From the NCBI RefSeq assembly GCF_044704955.1, contig NC_092006.1, forward strand, positions 5,456,001 to 5,520,000: a stretch of DNA of 64,000 nucleotides, read 5' to 3'. The stretch is from Pristiophorus japonicus. Its lineage: Eukaryota. The translations under genes and the position numbers were made by a program. Positions 12,909 to 25,919 of this stretch are shown here, one piece after another; the stretch's first letter is position 1, and each line of letters opens with the position of its first letter. The notes under the pieces were generated by a model that was given only the letters and a program-made list of their open reading frames with translations, was not told the DNA's origin and searched no databases.

Positions 12909-14000
12909 CTTTCCTTGTGGGATCGCATTGAATCACCGAAACGTACAGCACGGAAGGTGGCCATTCGGCCCATCGTGTCCGCGCCGGCCGACCAAGAGCC
13001 ACCCAGCCTAATCCCACTTTCCCGTTCTCGGTCCGTAGCCCTGTAGGTTACGGCACTTCAGGTGCACATCCAGGTACTTGTTAAATGTGGTGAGGGTTTC
13101 TGCCTCTACCACCCTTTCAGGCCGTGAGTTCCACCCCAGACCCCCACCACTCTCTGGGTGAAGAAATTTCCCCTCAAATCCCCTCTAAACCTCCCCCCAA
13201 TTACTTTAAATCTGTGCCCCCTGGTTGTTGACCCCTCTGCCAAGGGAAACAGGTCCGTCCTATCCACTCTATCCCGGCCCTTCGTAATTTTATACACCTC
13301 AATCAGGTCTTCCCTCAGCCTCCTCTGTTCCAAAGAAAACAACCCCAGCCTCTCCAATCTTTCCTCATCGCTAAAATTCTCCAGTCCAGACAACATCCTG
13401 GTAAATCTCCTGTGCACCCTCTCTAGTGCAACTTCCTGGTAAATCTCCTCTGCACCCTCTCGAGTGCAACATCCTGGTAAATCTCCTCTGTACCCTCTCT
13501 AGTGCAACATCCTGGTAAATCTCCTCTGTACCCTCTCTAGTGCAACATCCTGGTAAATCTCCTCTGTACCCTCTCTAGTGCAACATCCTGGTAAATCTCC
13601 TCTGCACCCTCTCTCGTGCAATCACATCTTTCCTGTAATGTGGTGACCAGAATTGCACGCAGTACTCCAGCTGTGGCCTAACTAGTGTTTTATACAGTTC
13701 AAGCATAACCTCCCTGCTCTTGTATTCCATGCCTAGGCTAATAAAGGCAAATAATCCGTTTGCCTTCCTAACCACCTTATCCACCTGGCCTGCTACCTTC
13801 AGGGATCTGTGGACCTGCACTCCCAGGTCCCTCTGTTCCTCTACACTTCTCAGTGTCCTACCATTTAATGTGTATTCCCTTGCCTTGTTAGACCTCCCCA
13901 AGTGCATTACTTCACACTTCTCCGGGTTGAATTCCATTTGCCGCTGTTCTGCCCGCCTGACCAGTCTATCTCTTGTCTCGCCCTTCTGAAAGAATTCGCT
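12909..14000 (-). pseudogene. Gene 0: short cytoplasmic exon split by a LINE insertion
   Basis: 5' half aatttacag|CGAATTCTTTCAGAAGGGCGAGACAAGAGAT (~13970-14000) and 3' half GATCCCACAAGGAAAG|gtgagt (12909-12924) rejoin to ANSFRRARQEIPQGK, homologous to gene 1 VNCFRRTRQEAPPGK. Confidence 0.8.
12930..13968 (-). mobile_element. CR1-type LINE 3' fragment (second subfamily) with internal 38-bp tandem expansion
   Basis: MEFNPEKCEVMHLG...[13 protein letters not shown] peptides; about 6 copies of the [12 protein letters not shown]-coding unit at 13390-13620. Confidence 0.85.
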
Positions 14001-14084
14001 GTAAATTGCCGTTGAAAGGCACGCGGAGGGAATCACGTCGAGCAAACATTTACTGACGAGCACCAGTTAAGTATCAAGTCTCAC

Positions 14085-14179
14085 CTGCTTTGCCGCTGCC
14101 ATGATGCCAAAGTGGAGGATAAGGATCAATACTAGAGCCAGGATCCCCGGGACAGTCATTGCACCAGGCACGCACCACC
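14085..14179 (-). pseudogene. Gene 0: transmembrane exon (GWCVPGAMTVPGILALVLILILHFGIMAAAKQ)
   Basis: tctctgtag acceptor and gtgaga donor; clear nucleotide similarity to the gene 1 TM exon; 95 nt vs 99 nt, so the 3' end is frameshifted. Confidence 0.8.
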
Positions 14180-14228
14180 CTACAGAGACAGAACACCGAG
14201 ACATTGCTGCTGGCTCAAACCATTATCT

Positions 14229-14671
14229 CAGTGGTTCTCGACCGGTGTTCCGCAGCACATGCCGTGAACCCTTCACAGGGGTGCCGCCAAATTGTGTAAA
14301 AGTATGGTGGACTTTTGCTGATTTCACAATGAAACACAAACCATTTAACTCTGAAACAGAAGGGGAGGGGGGAGAGAGACAGACAGACACATGTGTCATC
14401 TACCTATATGTACCACACCACTGCTGTAGTAAGCATTGCCAATATCGACAAATAGCTATCTATTTATCTCTACTATTATCAAAAAAAAACGATGTTCTCG
14501 AGTTGTACAAGTAACAATGACAAGAGACAACAGACACAAACAATGTAAATGTCCATACTCAGAACAAAATCCTTTGGCAAAATGTGTTTCCTCGGACACC
14601 ACCCCTCTCCCACTCCGTTACTCCCTCCCATTACTGATAGAGAAGTGCTGGTGTCTACCATCGAATGAGAC

Positions 14672-14702
<31 letters not shown>

Positions 14703-16034
14703 TTACGTTTGGGTGTGTAAGTGCGTCTGTACCAAGGGCATAGCCTGAGGGGGGCATGGCCACCCCCAATCCAAAATAATAGTATTAAATTGTTCATGTG
14801 AAAAGCTTAAAATGTGATTGTTAATTTGGCTGAAAGAAATGAAAGACAAGTCTAACACATAGGCAGTAAAGAGTGTAGTTTTTATAATAAAATGTCAAAA
14901 ACTATTTCATTACATTTAACCACATTCTTATTTCTATTTTGTTATTTTTGTTTATTGATCTGCTGCATGATGTGTGGCCGGGACTGGTGGCATCTTTGAC
15001 GCTTTGACCTGAAGCAGCGCCAATTGACGGCTCCTTCGATGTACGCGGCATCCAACTTGACCTGGCCGAGCCGCCCTATTTGTGAGAGTTGGCTTTTGGC
15101 ATATTTTGACCACAGTTCAAATCAACTCTCGCTTCGTTTCTGTCTGGACTCTCTGGCGTTTGGAAATTGGAAGACTCAGTTCGTGCCTGTCTGGAGTTTG
15201 GATCGTTCAGACGGATAAAGTTTGTCCTCCCCCCTCCCAATGGACAAATTCATCATCAGAAAACGTAAAAATGAGCGAGGAGATAACAATGACAGTGCCA
15301 CTACAAGTTGGCCGACAACCATCGCCAGTACAAGCGGTGCCCAACCAAATCCTAAAAAACCCAAAATTCATCGTCAATATATGGAGGATTATTTGAGGTT
15401 TGGTTTTTCATGGACAGGAGAAGAAGAATGCCCCGTTCCCCTGTGTGTTGTGAGCAGCGACTTTACATTGCAAGAAGAAGACGTATTGACTTCTATTTCT
15501 ACAGACCGAGGTCTTAAAATGAAACATTCAGATTTGTCTCCTGATGCGTTCTGGATTTCTATTAAAGAAGAATATCCTATAGTATCAAAAAAAGCCTTGA
15601 TAATTCTGATGCAGTTTTCAGCATCATGTCTCTGCGAATTAGGATTCTCAACTCTTACGAACATCAAATGCAAAAAACAGGAAAAACTTGGAAAACTTGA
15701 ACATGAAATGAGAGTCGCCTTATCGGTTATACGCCCTAATATTAGTGACATAACTATAAAACATCAGGCTCAAGTATCACATTAAAATACTAATTAATCT
15801 AGAATTAATGTGAGGAATTATTATTGTAGTTTATTATTTTATTGTTACTTTCAGAATAAAAAATAATTAGTAACATACATGTGTACAATGTTCATATGCT
15901 GTGATTAATAAAATGTTTTTTAAATTTTCTGAAACTTGCTTTTTTAAAAAAACCTTTTAACCCCTTCAAGTGTGCCGCCAAAAATTCTAGTATTCGAAAG
16001 TGTGCCGCGAACACAGAAAGGCTGAGCGCCACTG
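14229..16034 (+). mobile_element. Internally deleted hAT (Charlie/Buster-like) DNA transposon
   Basis: Terminal inverted repeats CAGTGGTTCTC...GAGCGCCACTG; 8-bp TSD CATTATCT/CGTTATCT; ORF 15240-15785 joins the N-terminal RQY..YL.FGF...PLCVV to the C-terminal dimerisation domain FW...YP...CELGFS...QAQVSH. Confidence 0.9.
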
Positions 16035-16105
16035 CGTTATCTGGTGGGAAACTAGACCCAGTTACTACGTGAGACCACCAGCCCGGGGTGTGAAATGACA
16101 AGCCA

Positions 16106-16428
16106 CTCGAGGTTCATCCCGAGCAGCTCCGTAACACAGGACCCTGTGCTCTACGGGCTGTTCCCGGGGACACACATCGAGACAGACATCACCTGCTGCT
16201 GGAGGGTCATCAACTCAGTCAAAGACACACTTTGGTCTTGCCGAATCGTGCTGGTCTTCCAGAACAAGGAGATGTCCACGTCTGCGTGTTGCAGACTGGC
16301 GCAATCCACGATCCAGGATTACGTGCTGAGGGTCGCACTTAAAATTGGTGCAGTCGCCGCAAAGACACGGTGGGGAAGGGCCACAGTTTAAAGCCCTTCT
16401 GACACGGTAAACCCAGGGGCTGGAATCA
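16106..16428 (+). mobile_element. Tx1/L1-clade LINE ORF2 3' fragment
   Basis: SRFIPSSSVTQDPVLYGLFPG...WGRATV*, same family as the copies at 27480, 28450 and 47700. Confidence 0.75.
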
Positions 16429-17632
16429 NNNNNNNNNNNNNNNNNNNNNNNNNNNNNNNNNNNNNNNNNNNNNNNNNNNNNNNNNNNNNNNNNNNNNNNN
16501 NNNNNNNNNNNNNNNNNNNNNNNNNNNNNNNNNNNNNNNNNNNNNNNNNNNNNNNNNNNNNNNNNNNNNNNNNNNNNNNNNNNNNNNNNNNNNNNNNNNN
16601 NNNNNNNNNNNNNNNNNNNNNNNNNNNNNNNNNNNNNNNNNNNNNNNNNNNNNNNNNNNNNNNNNNNNNNNNNNNNNNNNNNNNNNNNNNNNNNNNNNNN
16701 NNNNNNNNNNNNNNNNNNNNNNNNNNNNNNNNNNNNNNNNNNNNNNNNNNNNNNNNNNNNNNNNNNNNNNNNNNNNNNNNNNNNNNNNNNNNNNNNNNNN
16801 NNNNNNNNNNNNNNNNNNNNNNNNNNNNNNNNNNNNNNNNNNNNNNNNNNNNNNNNNNNNNNNNNNNNNNNNNNNNNNNNNNNNNNNNNNNNNNNNNNNN
16901 NNNNNNNNNNNNNNNNNNNNNNNNNNNNNNNNNNNNNNNNNNNNNNNNNNNNNNNNNNNNNNNNNNNNNNNNNNNNNNNNNNNNNNNNNNNNNNNNNNNN
17001 NNNNNNNNNNNNNNNNNNNNNNNNNNNNNNNNNNNNNNNNNNNNNNNNNNNNNNNNNNNNNNNNNNNNNNNNNNNNNNNNNNNNNNNNNNNNNNNNNNNN
17101 NNNNNNNNNNNNNNNNNNNNNNNNNNNNNNNNNNNNNNNNNNNNNNNNNNNNNTATCTATCTCTGTCGCTATTTCAATTCTTATCTCCATCTTTATCTCA
17201 ATCTTTACATCAATCTTTAGCTCAATCGCTATCTCTAGACCATATCTCTATCTTTCTCCATCTCTATATCTCTCTATTTTCATTATCTCTATCTTTATAT
17301 CTAACCACGAACAGTTTCCAGTGACCCAATTTCTGTGAAACTTCAAACCAGGGTGAGATCTCCACAATACAAGCTGATTAAAATTAAAATAGCTCTCTTG
17401 AGCAAACGGAGTGGAATTATAGTTTTAAAACAGGGGCATTAAAGAAAACGGGTGTAATTGGGCCTGTACCCATGTCAGTTGTCCCACATTATCGATCAGG
17501 TTGGAGCATTTCCGAGCATTAACACACTTCTGCTCAGAAAATCTGTCGACTTATTTCAAACCTTCAGTGAGCAAAGTTACACAACATTCCTTGGGAAGAG
17601 AGTGATACTTATAACTTTCCTTAAAAAATGTC

Positions 17633-18174
17633 AGCTGTGGCCAAGTAGATAGCGGGTTGTGGGTTCCAGTCCTACTCCAGAGACTTGAGCCCAAAATCTA
17701 GGCTGACACTCCCAGCTGACACTGAGGGAGCACCACACTGTCGGAGGGGCGGTGCTGAGGGAGCGCCGTACTGCACTGTTGGAGGGGCAGTGCTGAGGGA
17801 GCGCTGTACTGCACTGTCGGAGGGGCAGTACTGAGGGAGCCCCGCACTGTCGGAGGGGCAGTACTGAGGGAGCCACGCACTGTCGGAGGGGCAGTACTGA
17901 GGGAGCGCTGCACTGTCGGTGGGGCAGTACTGAGGAAGCGCCGTACTGCACTGTTGGAGGGGCAGTACTGAGGGAGCGCCGCACTGTCGGAGGGGCAGTA
18001 CTGAGGGAGGGCTGCACTGTCGGAGGGGCAGTACTGAGGGAGCGCCGTACTGCACTGTCGGAGGGGCAGTACTGAGGGCGCCCCGCACTGTCGGAGGCGC
18101 AGTACTGAGGGATCGCCGCACTGTCGGAGGGGCAGTACTGAGGGAGTGCCACACCGTCGGAGGGGCAGTACTGA
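17633..18174 (+). mobile_element. Deu-type SINE head with expanded 33-bp tandem repeat
   Basis: tRNA-like head followed by about 13 GAGGGGCAGTACTGAGGGAGCGCCGCACTGTCG units. Confidence 0.75.
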
Positions 18175-18176
18175 AA

Positions 18177-20485
18177 TTGAGCTATGAGGAAAGATTGGAT
18201 AGGCTGGGATTGTTTTCCTTGGAACAGAGGAGGCTGAGGGGAGATTTAATTGAGGTGTATAAAATGATGAGGGGCCTGGATAGAGTGGATAGGAAGGAGT
18301 ATAATGTTGGAAAGTGTGAGGTCATGCACTTTGGCAGAAAAAAATCAAAGAGCAAGTTATTATTGAAATGGAGAAAGATTGCAAAGTGCTGCAGTACAGC
18401 GGGACCTGGGGGTACTTGTGCATGAAACACAAAAGGATAGTATGCAGGTACAGCAAGTGATCAGGAAGGCCAATGGTATCTTGGCCTTTATTGCAAAGGA
18501 GATGGCGTATAAAAGCAGGGAAGCCTTGCTACAACTGTACAGGGTATTGGTGAGGCCATACCTGGAGTACTGTGTGCAGTTTTGGTTTCCATATTTACGA
18601 AAGGATATACTTGCTTTGGAGGCAGTTCAGAGAAGGTTCATGCGGTTGATTCCGGGGATGAGGGGGTTGACTTATGAGGAAAGGTTGAGTAGGTTGGGCC
18701 TCTACTCATTGGAATTCAGAAGAATGAGAGATGATCTTATCGAAACGTATAAGATTATGAGGGGGGCTTGACAAGGTGGATGCAGAGAGGATGTTTCCAC
18801 TGATGGGGGAGCTAGAACTAGGGGGCACATAGTCTTAGAATAAAGGGCCGCCCATTTAAAACTGAGATGAGGAGGAATTTCTTCTCTCTGAGGGTTGTAA
18901 ATCTGTGGAATTCGCTGCCTCAGAGAGCTGTGGAAGCTGGGACATTGAATATATTTAAGACAGAAATAGACAGTTTCTTAAAAGATAAGGGGATAAGGGA
19001 TTATGGAGAGCGGGCGGGGAAGTGGAGCTGAGTCCATGATCAGATCAGACATGATCGTATTAAATGGCAGAGCAGGCTAGAGGGGCCGTATGGCCAACTC
19101 CTGCTCCTATTTCTGATGTTCTTATGAACTGTTTCTCTTGACAAAAGGGTCAATAACCAGGGGGCATAGATTGAAAGTAATTGGGGGGAGGTTTAGAGGG
19201 CATTTGTGGGGAAATGTCTTCACCCAGAGGGTGGTGGGGGTCTGGGGTGGAACTCACTGCCTGAAAGGGTGGTAGAGGCAGAAACCCTCACCACATTTAA
19301 ACAGTACCTGGATGTACACTTGAAGTGCCGTAACCCACAGGGCTACGGACCGAGAGCGGGAAAGTGGGATTAGGCTGGGTGTCTCTTTGTCGACTGGTGC
19401 AGACACGATGGGCCGAATGGCCTCCTTCCCTGCTGTAAATTTCAATGTTTTGAATATTCTATAAGCAGGTCGATGAGTGATCAGATAGAGGGGTTTAAGA
19501 TTATGAAAGGGGTCGATAGGGTAGATGTAGAGAAGATATTTCCACTAGTGGGGGAGACCAGAACCAGAGGCCGTCAATATCAGACAGTCACCAATAAATC
19601 CAACGGGAAATTCAGGAGAAACTTCTTTACCCAGAGAGCGGTGAGAATGTGGAACTCGCTGCCACAGGGAGGGGTTGAGGCAAATAGTATCAATGTATTT
19701 AAGGGGAAGCTGGATAAACACATGGGGGAGAAGGGAATAGAGGGATATGGGGATGGGGTGAGATGGAGAGGGGAGGGAAGGGGCTGGTGTGGAGCATAAA
19801 CCCCGGCACGGAGCGGTGGGGCCAAATGGCACAGGCGGTGAAGAAGGCAAGTGGTATGCTGGCCTTCATAGCGAGGGGATTTGAGTATAGGAGCAGGGAG
19901 GTCTTACTGCAGTTGTACAGGGCCTTGATGTATTGTGTACAGTTTTGGTCTCCTAATCTGAGGAAGGACATTCTTGCTATTGAGGGAGTGCAGCGAAGGT
20001 TCACCAGACTGATTCCCGGGATGGCAGGACTGACATATGAAGAAAGATTGGATCGACTAGGCTTATATTCACTGGAGTTTAGAAGAATGAGAGGGGATCT
20101 CACAGAAACATATAAAATTCTGACGGGACTGGACAGGTTAGATGCAGGAAGAATGTTCCCGATGTTGGGGAAGTCCAGAACCAGGGTTCACAATCTAAGG
20201 ATAAGGGGTAAGCCATTTAGGACCGAGTTGAGGAGAAACTTCTTCACCCAGAGAATTGTGAACCTGTGGAATTCTCTACCACAGAAAGTTGTTGAGGCCA
20301 GTTCGTTGGAAATATTCAGAAGGGAGTTAGATGTGGCCCTTACGGCTAAAGGGATCAAGGGGTATGGAGAGAAAGCAGGAATGGGGTACTGAAGTTGCAT
20401 GATCAGCCATGATCATATTGAATGGCGGTGCAGGCTCCAAGGGCCGAATGGCCTACTCCTGCACCTACTTTCTATGTTTCTATGA
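18177..20485 (+). mobile_element. Cluster of nested CR1 LINE 3' fragments
   Basis: Several RT C-terminal peptides (ORFs at 18177, 18379, 19473, 19763) with 3' tails. Confidence 0.85.
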
Positions 20486-21844
20486 GTAGCCTGTGTCTGT
20501 GCTGCACGCTGTGTGCAATTCTACCAGAAGGGTCACCCTCTTCTGAAGAATGAAGTGGTGTGGGGAACGGAGCGATGAGAGCAAGCGAGGTAAGTTTCGA
20601 ATCAATTACCGGTAGAGTTTGGCCGCGAGTCGAGCGGACCAATTTTTGCACTGCGCTGAATTTCTGAGCCGAGGTGCAGCAGTCCTTGACCTCAAAGGGC
20701 AGAGAAGCGAGGGCGACCCTGAAGCAGAGAGGTCAGGAGGATACAACCCGGCCACAGCCAGAGCAGAGGCGCCCGGCTTGTGGGCCGCGCGTGACGCGGT
20801 AGGCGCCTCGCCCGCCGCTCACGCTGCTTGCGGGGAGGGGCCGCTTGCGAACAGACGCGAAAGGCTCAGCCACGAACTGGTGGAAATAGCTGCACTGCCA
20901 CAGATTCTGCCTTAGCCCGAAAGAGAGTGGCCGAGCTCGAAGCTCTCTGTGGTTTTCCTGTTGCTGCAGAAAGGTCAAACTCTGAGACATCACATCAAAC
21001 CGCTCGCAGTTTGCCGCCCAGAGTACATTCAACCCAACCTACAGCAGCCCCCGTGTGCATTAACCTCATGTGCACCATTGCCTTTCTAGGTGGCGGTGCT
21101 CGGTGTTCGGACAGAAGGAATTGGTGTTATTCTGAGTCCCAGTTACATTCATTAACCACCCCCCCCCCCCCGCACTCCCTACTCCACCGCGGCTGCAGTG
21201 TGCACCATCTATCTGGCAAGTGTCTCACCTCCTGACTCCCCCAAAGCCTCTCCCACCATCTCCAAGTCAGGAGTGTGATGGAACACTCCCCACTTGCCTG
21301 GATGAGTTGCAGCTCCAGCAACGCTCGGGAAGCTCGACACCGTCCAGGACAAAGCAGCCCCGCTCGATCGGCCACGCTCCCCACCACCTTCAACACTCAC
21401 TCCCTCCACCACCGGCGCACCGTGGCTGCAGTGTGCACCGTCTACACGATGCACCGCGGCAACTCGCCAAGGCTTCTTCGGCAGCACCTCCCAAACCCGC
21501 CACCTCTACCCGCTATACCAGGGGTGGATTAACCCCACCAAAGAACATCGGCCCACCAAATAAATGTAGGAACAAAATATAAGGCCTTCCAAATAGGCTG
21601 AATAGAATCCACAACGAGAGAGGAGAAAAGCAAGACTGAGGAAAATATCGTTTGTTGGCCTAACGTGTACATAGATCAACGACAGGCCAAATCCACCCTT
21701 TTCACTCTGTGTATTGAACATGGCTGCTGGCTACTATTGAAATGGGAGACATCATTGAGAAATTCCCATGTAGGAAATCTCGCAATGTTATCTTATAAAG
21801 TACCTACGGGCTATATACTGGCTGATACAGGCTAGATTCACTTG

Positions 21845-23055
21845 TATATACCTATATACAGAAGTGCCTATATACACGAATGTACCTATATACAGAAGTA
21901 CCTATATACACTAATGTACCAATATACAGAAGTACCTATACACACTAATGCACCTATATACACTGATGTACCAATATAGAGAAGTACCTATATACACGAA
22001 AGCACCTGTATACAGAATTACCTATACACACTAATGCACCTATATACACTGATGTACCAATATACAGAAGTACCTATATACACTGATGTACCAGTATACA
22101 GAAGTACCTATACACACTAATGCACCTATATACACTGATGTACTGATATACAGAAGTACCTATATACACTAATGTACCTATATACACTAATGCACCTATA
22201 TACACTGATGTACTGATATACAGAAGTACCTATATACACTAATGTACCTATATACACTAATGTACCTATATACACTAATGCACCTATATACACTGATGTA
22301 CTGATATACAGAAGTACCTATATACACTAATGTACCTATATACACTAATGTACCTATATACACTAATGCACCTTTTTAAAGAAGTACCTATATACACTGA
22401 TGTACCAGTATACAGAAGTACCTATATACACGAAAGCACCTATATACAGAAGTACCTATACACACTAATGTACCTATATACACGAAAGCACCTGTATACA
22501 GAATTACCTATACACACTAATGCACCTATATACACTGATGTACCAATATACAGAAGTACCTATATACACTGATGTACCAGTATACAGAAGTACCTATACA
22601 CACTAATGCACCTAATACACTGATGTACTGATATACAGAAGTACCTATATACACTAATGTACCTATATACACTAATGCACCTATATACACTGATGTACTG
22701 ATATACAGAAGTACCTATATACACTAATGTACCTATATACACTAATGTACCTATATACACTAATGCACCTTTTTACAGAAGTACCTATATACACTGATGT
22801 ACCAGTATACAGAAGTACCTATATACACGAAAGCACCTATATACAGAAGTACCTATACACACTAATGTACCTATATACACTGATGTACTGATATACAGAA
22901 GTACCTATATACACTAATGTACCTATATACACTAATGTACCTATATACACTAATGCACCTATATACAGGAATACACCTATATACAGAAGTACCTATATAC
23001 ACGAATGTACCTATATACAGAAGTACCTATATTTACTAATGTATCTATATACAGA
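21845..23055. repeat. AT-rich minisatellite (~17-18-bp TACCTATATACAC-based units)
   Basis: Directly visible degenerate tandem array. Confidence 0.9.
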
Positions 23056-23942
23056 ACAGAAAATGTAGTAACCTGTTTTATTTCACATGTTATTGAGAGA
23101 AATTTGCATCTCTAGATAGGAACCTAGTATTACAATATTACCAGAATATATACCTACTTGATACAGAATATATGCTTTCATTGTTGAATAAACTGGCCTA
23201 TGTTTTCATACTCAGAATCAGAATCATACACATCATGTAATGAAGATGAACAAATGTAATTATCGGCCCATTCATGCATAATTCATCCATAAAAGTTGAA
23301 TTAGTACTTAAAATAAAAAGCAAAGTGCGTATATATCAAATTTTTACAAACTTTTCACCCAACTCCCTCAGTGTACTTCCTCCCAGATCGCCCCAGTGCA
23401 GATTCTCGGAGATTTTGCTCTCAAATTTTGTTGAATTTCCACTCAGAATTATTCGCAGTGAAATCACAAGCCAGCTGGAATACCTTCGCGGTTCCGCTAA
23501 CAATAGCGATCATAAGACAGCCTTAACCGTACCGCTAATAGATTGCAGCCGGGATTCAATTTCCCTTCGGTTATTCGGTGTACGGAAACGTCTGCGTGCA
23601 GCATTGGGGGGGGACAAATGTTCAATGTAACCTCCTCCTGGCAAAACACTTGCAATTTAGGAGCATCGAATACAAGTAGGAACATTTTTTTAACATAGTC
23701 CTACTCCGGTTAAAAGGCTCGGCTGTGACCACCACCACTCGGCTGTGTGGCCCAATGCTGTCCCGGGGAATTTACAGCCACGGAAACATAGAAAATAGGT
23801 GCAGGAGCAGGCCATTCGGCCCTTCGAGCCTGCACCACCATTCGATATGATCATGGCTGGTCATGCAACTTCAGTACCCCATTCCCTGCTTTCTCTCCAT
23901 ACCCCCTGATCCCTTTAGCCGTAAGGGCCACATCTAACTCCC

Positions 23943-24609
23943 TGTTGTCGGGCACTTCCAAAGGCAAAGGCACCTGCAGGGTGTACGTGTGCATGTATAT
24001 GTAAAGGGCGGCCAGATATATAAAATGGCTGCCAGAGATTCCGCAAAGCATTAGGGGAATTTAGCTAGCCAGCTTGACTACGTTCCTAGCAACTGAAAAG
24101 GGCGCGCTCAGCAGAATGTCTCGAATCAGCAACCCCCCCAGACAAGATGTCCTGGTAGATTACTAGACAATGGGATCCCTGTAACTGTGCAACTGAGTAA
24201 TGGGATTCTCATAACTGTGTCAAGATAAGGAGGTTAGGCGCCAACAAAACCCAAGGACAGTCGAGGTAAGGGGGTCTGGAAAAACATCAGGAGACCACAA
24301 GTAACTCCCTTCCTGGACATGAAGTGATCACACAGCCCCTGCTACTGAGGGGCCAAATCCATTGGCCCAAAGGCACCGATATGTAACCGATACTCGTTAT
24401 GATTGGATTGTGTCCAGCCGAGATGGGCTGAGTAATTGTAGTGAACTGACTGTAAAACATATAAGTAGTGACGAATTGCTTTGTTCGGCAGAGAGGAGTG
24501 CCTGGAGTTACCCAGAGGCTGTCTCCCCGCCGGCGTAAACAAACCATTTTTGACGTTTGGAACCGACCCGAGTGACGATCGATTCTTCCAGAAAACATCC
24601 GCGCCAACA
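23943..24609. mobile_element. Solo LTR (667 bp) inserted into a CR1 LINE tail
   Basis: TGTTG...CAACA inverted ends; 5-bp TSD CTCCC (23938-23942 and 24610-24614); the flanks rejoin to the intact LINE sequence CATCTAACTCCCTTTTGAATAT. Confidence 0.85.
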
Positions 24610-25919
24610 CTCCCTTTTGAATATATCCAACGAACTGGCCTCAACAACTTTCTGTGGTAGAGAATTCCACAGGTTCACCATTCTCTGGGTGAAGAAGTTT
24701 CTCCTCATCTCGGTCCTATGTGGCTTGCCCCTTACCCTTAGACTGTGACCCCTAATGTGGAGTGTGACCTCTGCCAATTGCAACCCCGCTGGAGACAATT
24801 GGAACTGATCACAGGGCTGGTTCTATCGCTCAGTGTAATGAATTCTGAAACAAAACCCTCTTTGATGCGATTCATTTACCGGGGTGGACTGCACACACAG
24901 CTCTGGGTTCGTTTCTAGAGCAGTGGAATTGCAAAGGCAAGATGCTCTATGCTTACATGGAACCAAGGTTGGACCACACTTGGAGCACTGTGCATAATTC
25001 TGGTCTCCATGTTCGAAAAATAGAGAAGGTACGAAAAAGATAAACAAGGATGAGACCAAGAACTGAGGGATTGGAATCATAGAATCTGAGACGTTTACAG
25101 CAGGGAAAGAGGCCATTCGGCCCATCGTGTCCACGCCGGCCGACAAAGAGCCACCCAGCCTATTCCCACTTTCCAGCTCTCGGTCCGTAGCCCTGTAGGT
25201 TACGGCACTTCAGGTGCACATCCAAATGTGGTGAGGGTTTCTGCCTCGACCACCCTTTCAGGCCGTGAGTTCCAGACCCCCACCACCCTCTGGGTGAAGA
25301 CATTTCACCTCAAATCACCTCTAAACAGCCCCCCCCTCCCAATTACGTTCAATCTCTGCCCCCTGGTTGTTGACCCCTCTGCCAAGGGAAACAGGGTTAC
25401 ACCTATCAGGAAAGTCCTGTGGAGTGACCTAATAGGGGGTCTTTAAAACGATGAAAGGGTAGGGCAGACAGAGAGAGGGAGTGGTTCCACTTGTGTGGGG
25501 GAGACCAGAACCAGGGGCCATCAATATCAGACAGTCACTAATAAACCCAATGGGGAATTCAGGAGAAACTTCTTTACCCAGAGAGCGGTGAGAATGTGGA
25601 ACTCGCTGCCACAGGGAGGGGATGAGGCGAATAGTATCGATGCATTTCAGGGGAAGCTGGATAAACACATGAGGGAGAAAGGAATAGACGGATATGGTGA
25701 TGGGGTGAGATGGAGAGGGGTGGGAGGGGGCTGGTGTGGAGCATAAACCCCGGCACGGAGCGATGGGCCGCTTCTGTGCCGTAATATCAAAGAGTCTTAA
25801 CGACCAATGCAAACAGAGCATAACTGTGCTATGAATTTTCCTGTGGACACAAATTACAATACATCGTGGAACACTGCAATCATTGTTATCGTTTGCCGAG
25901 GTGTTCAATCAAACTATTA

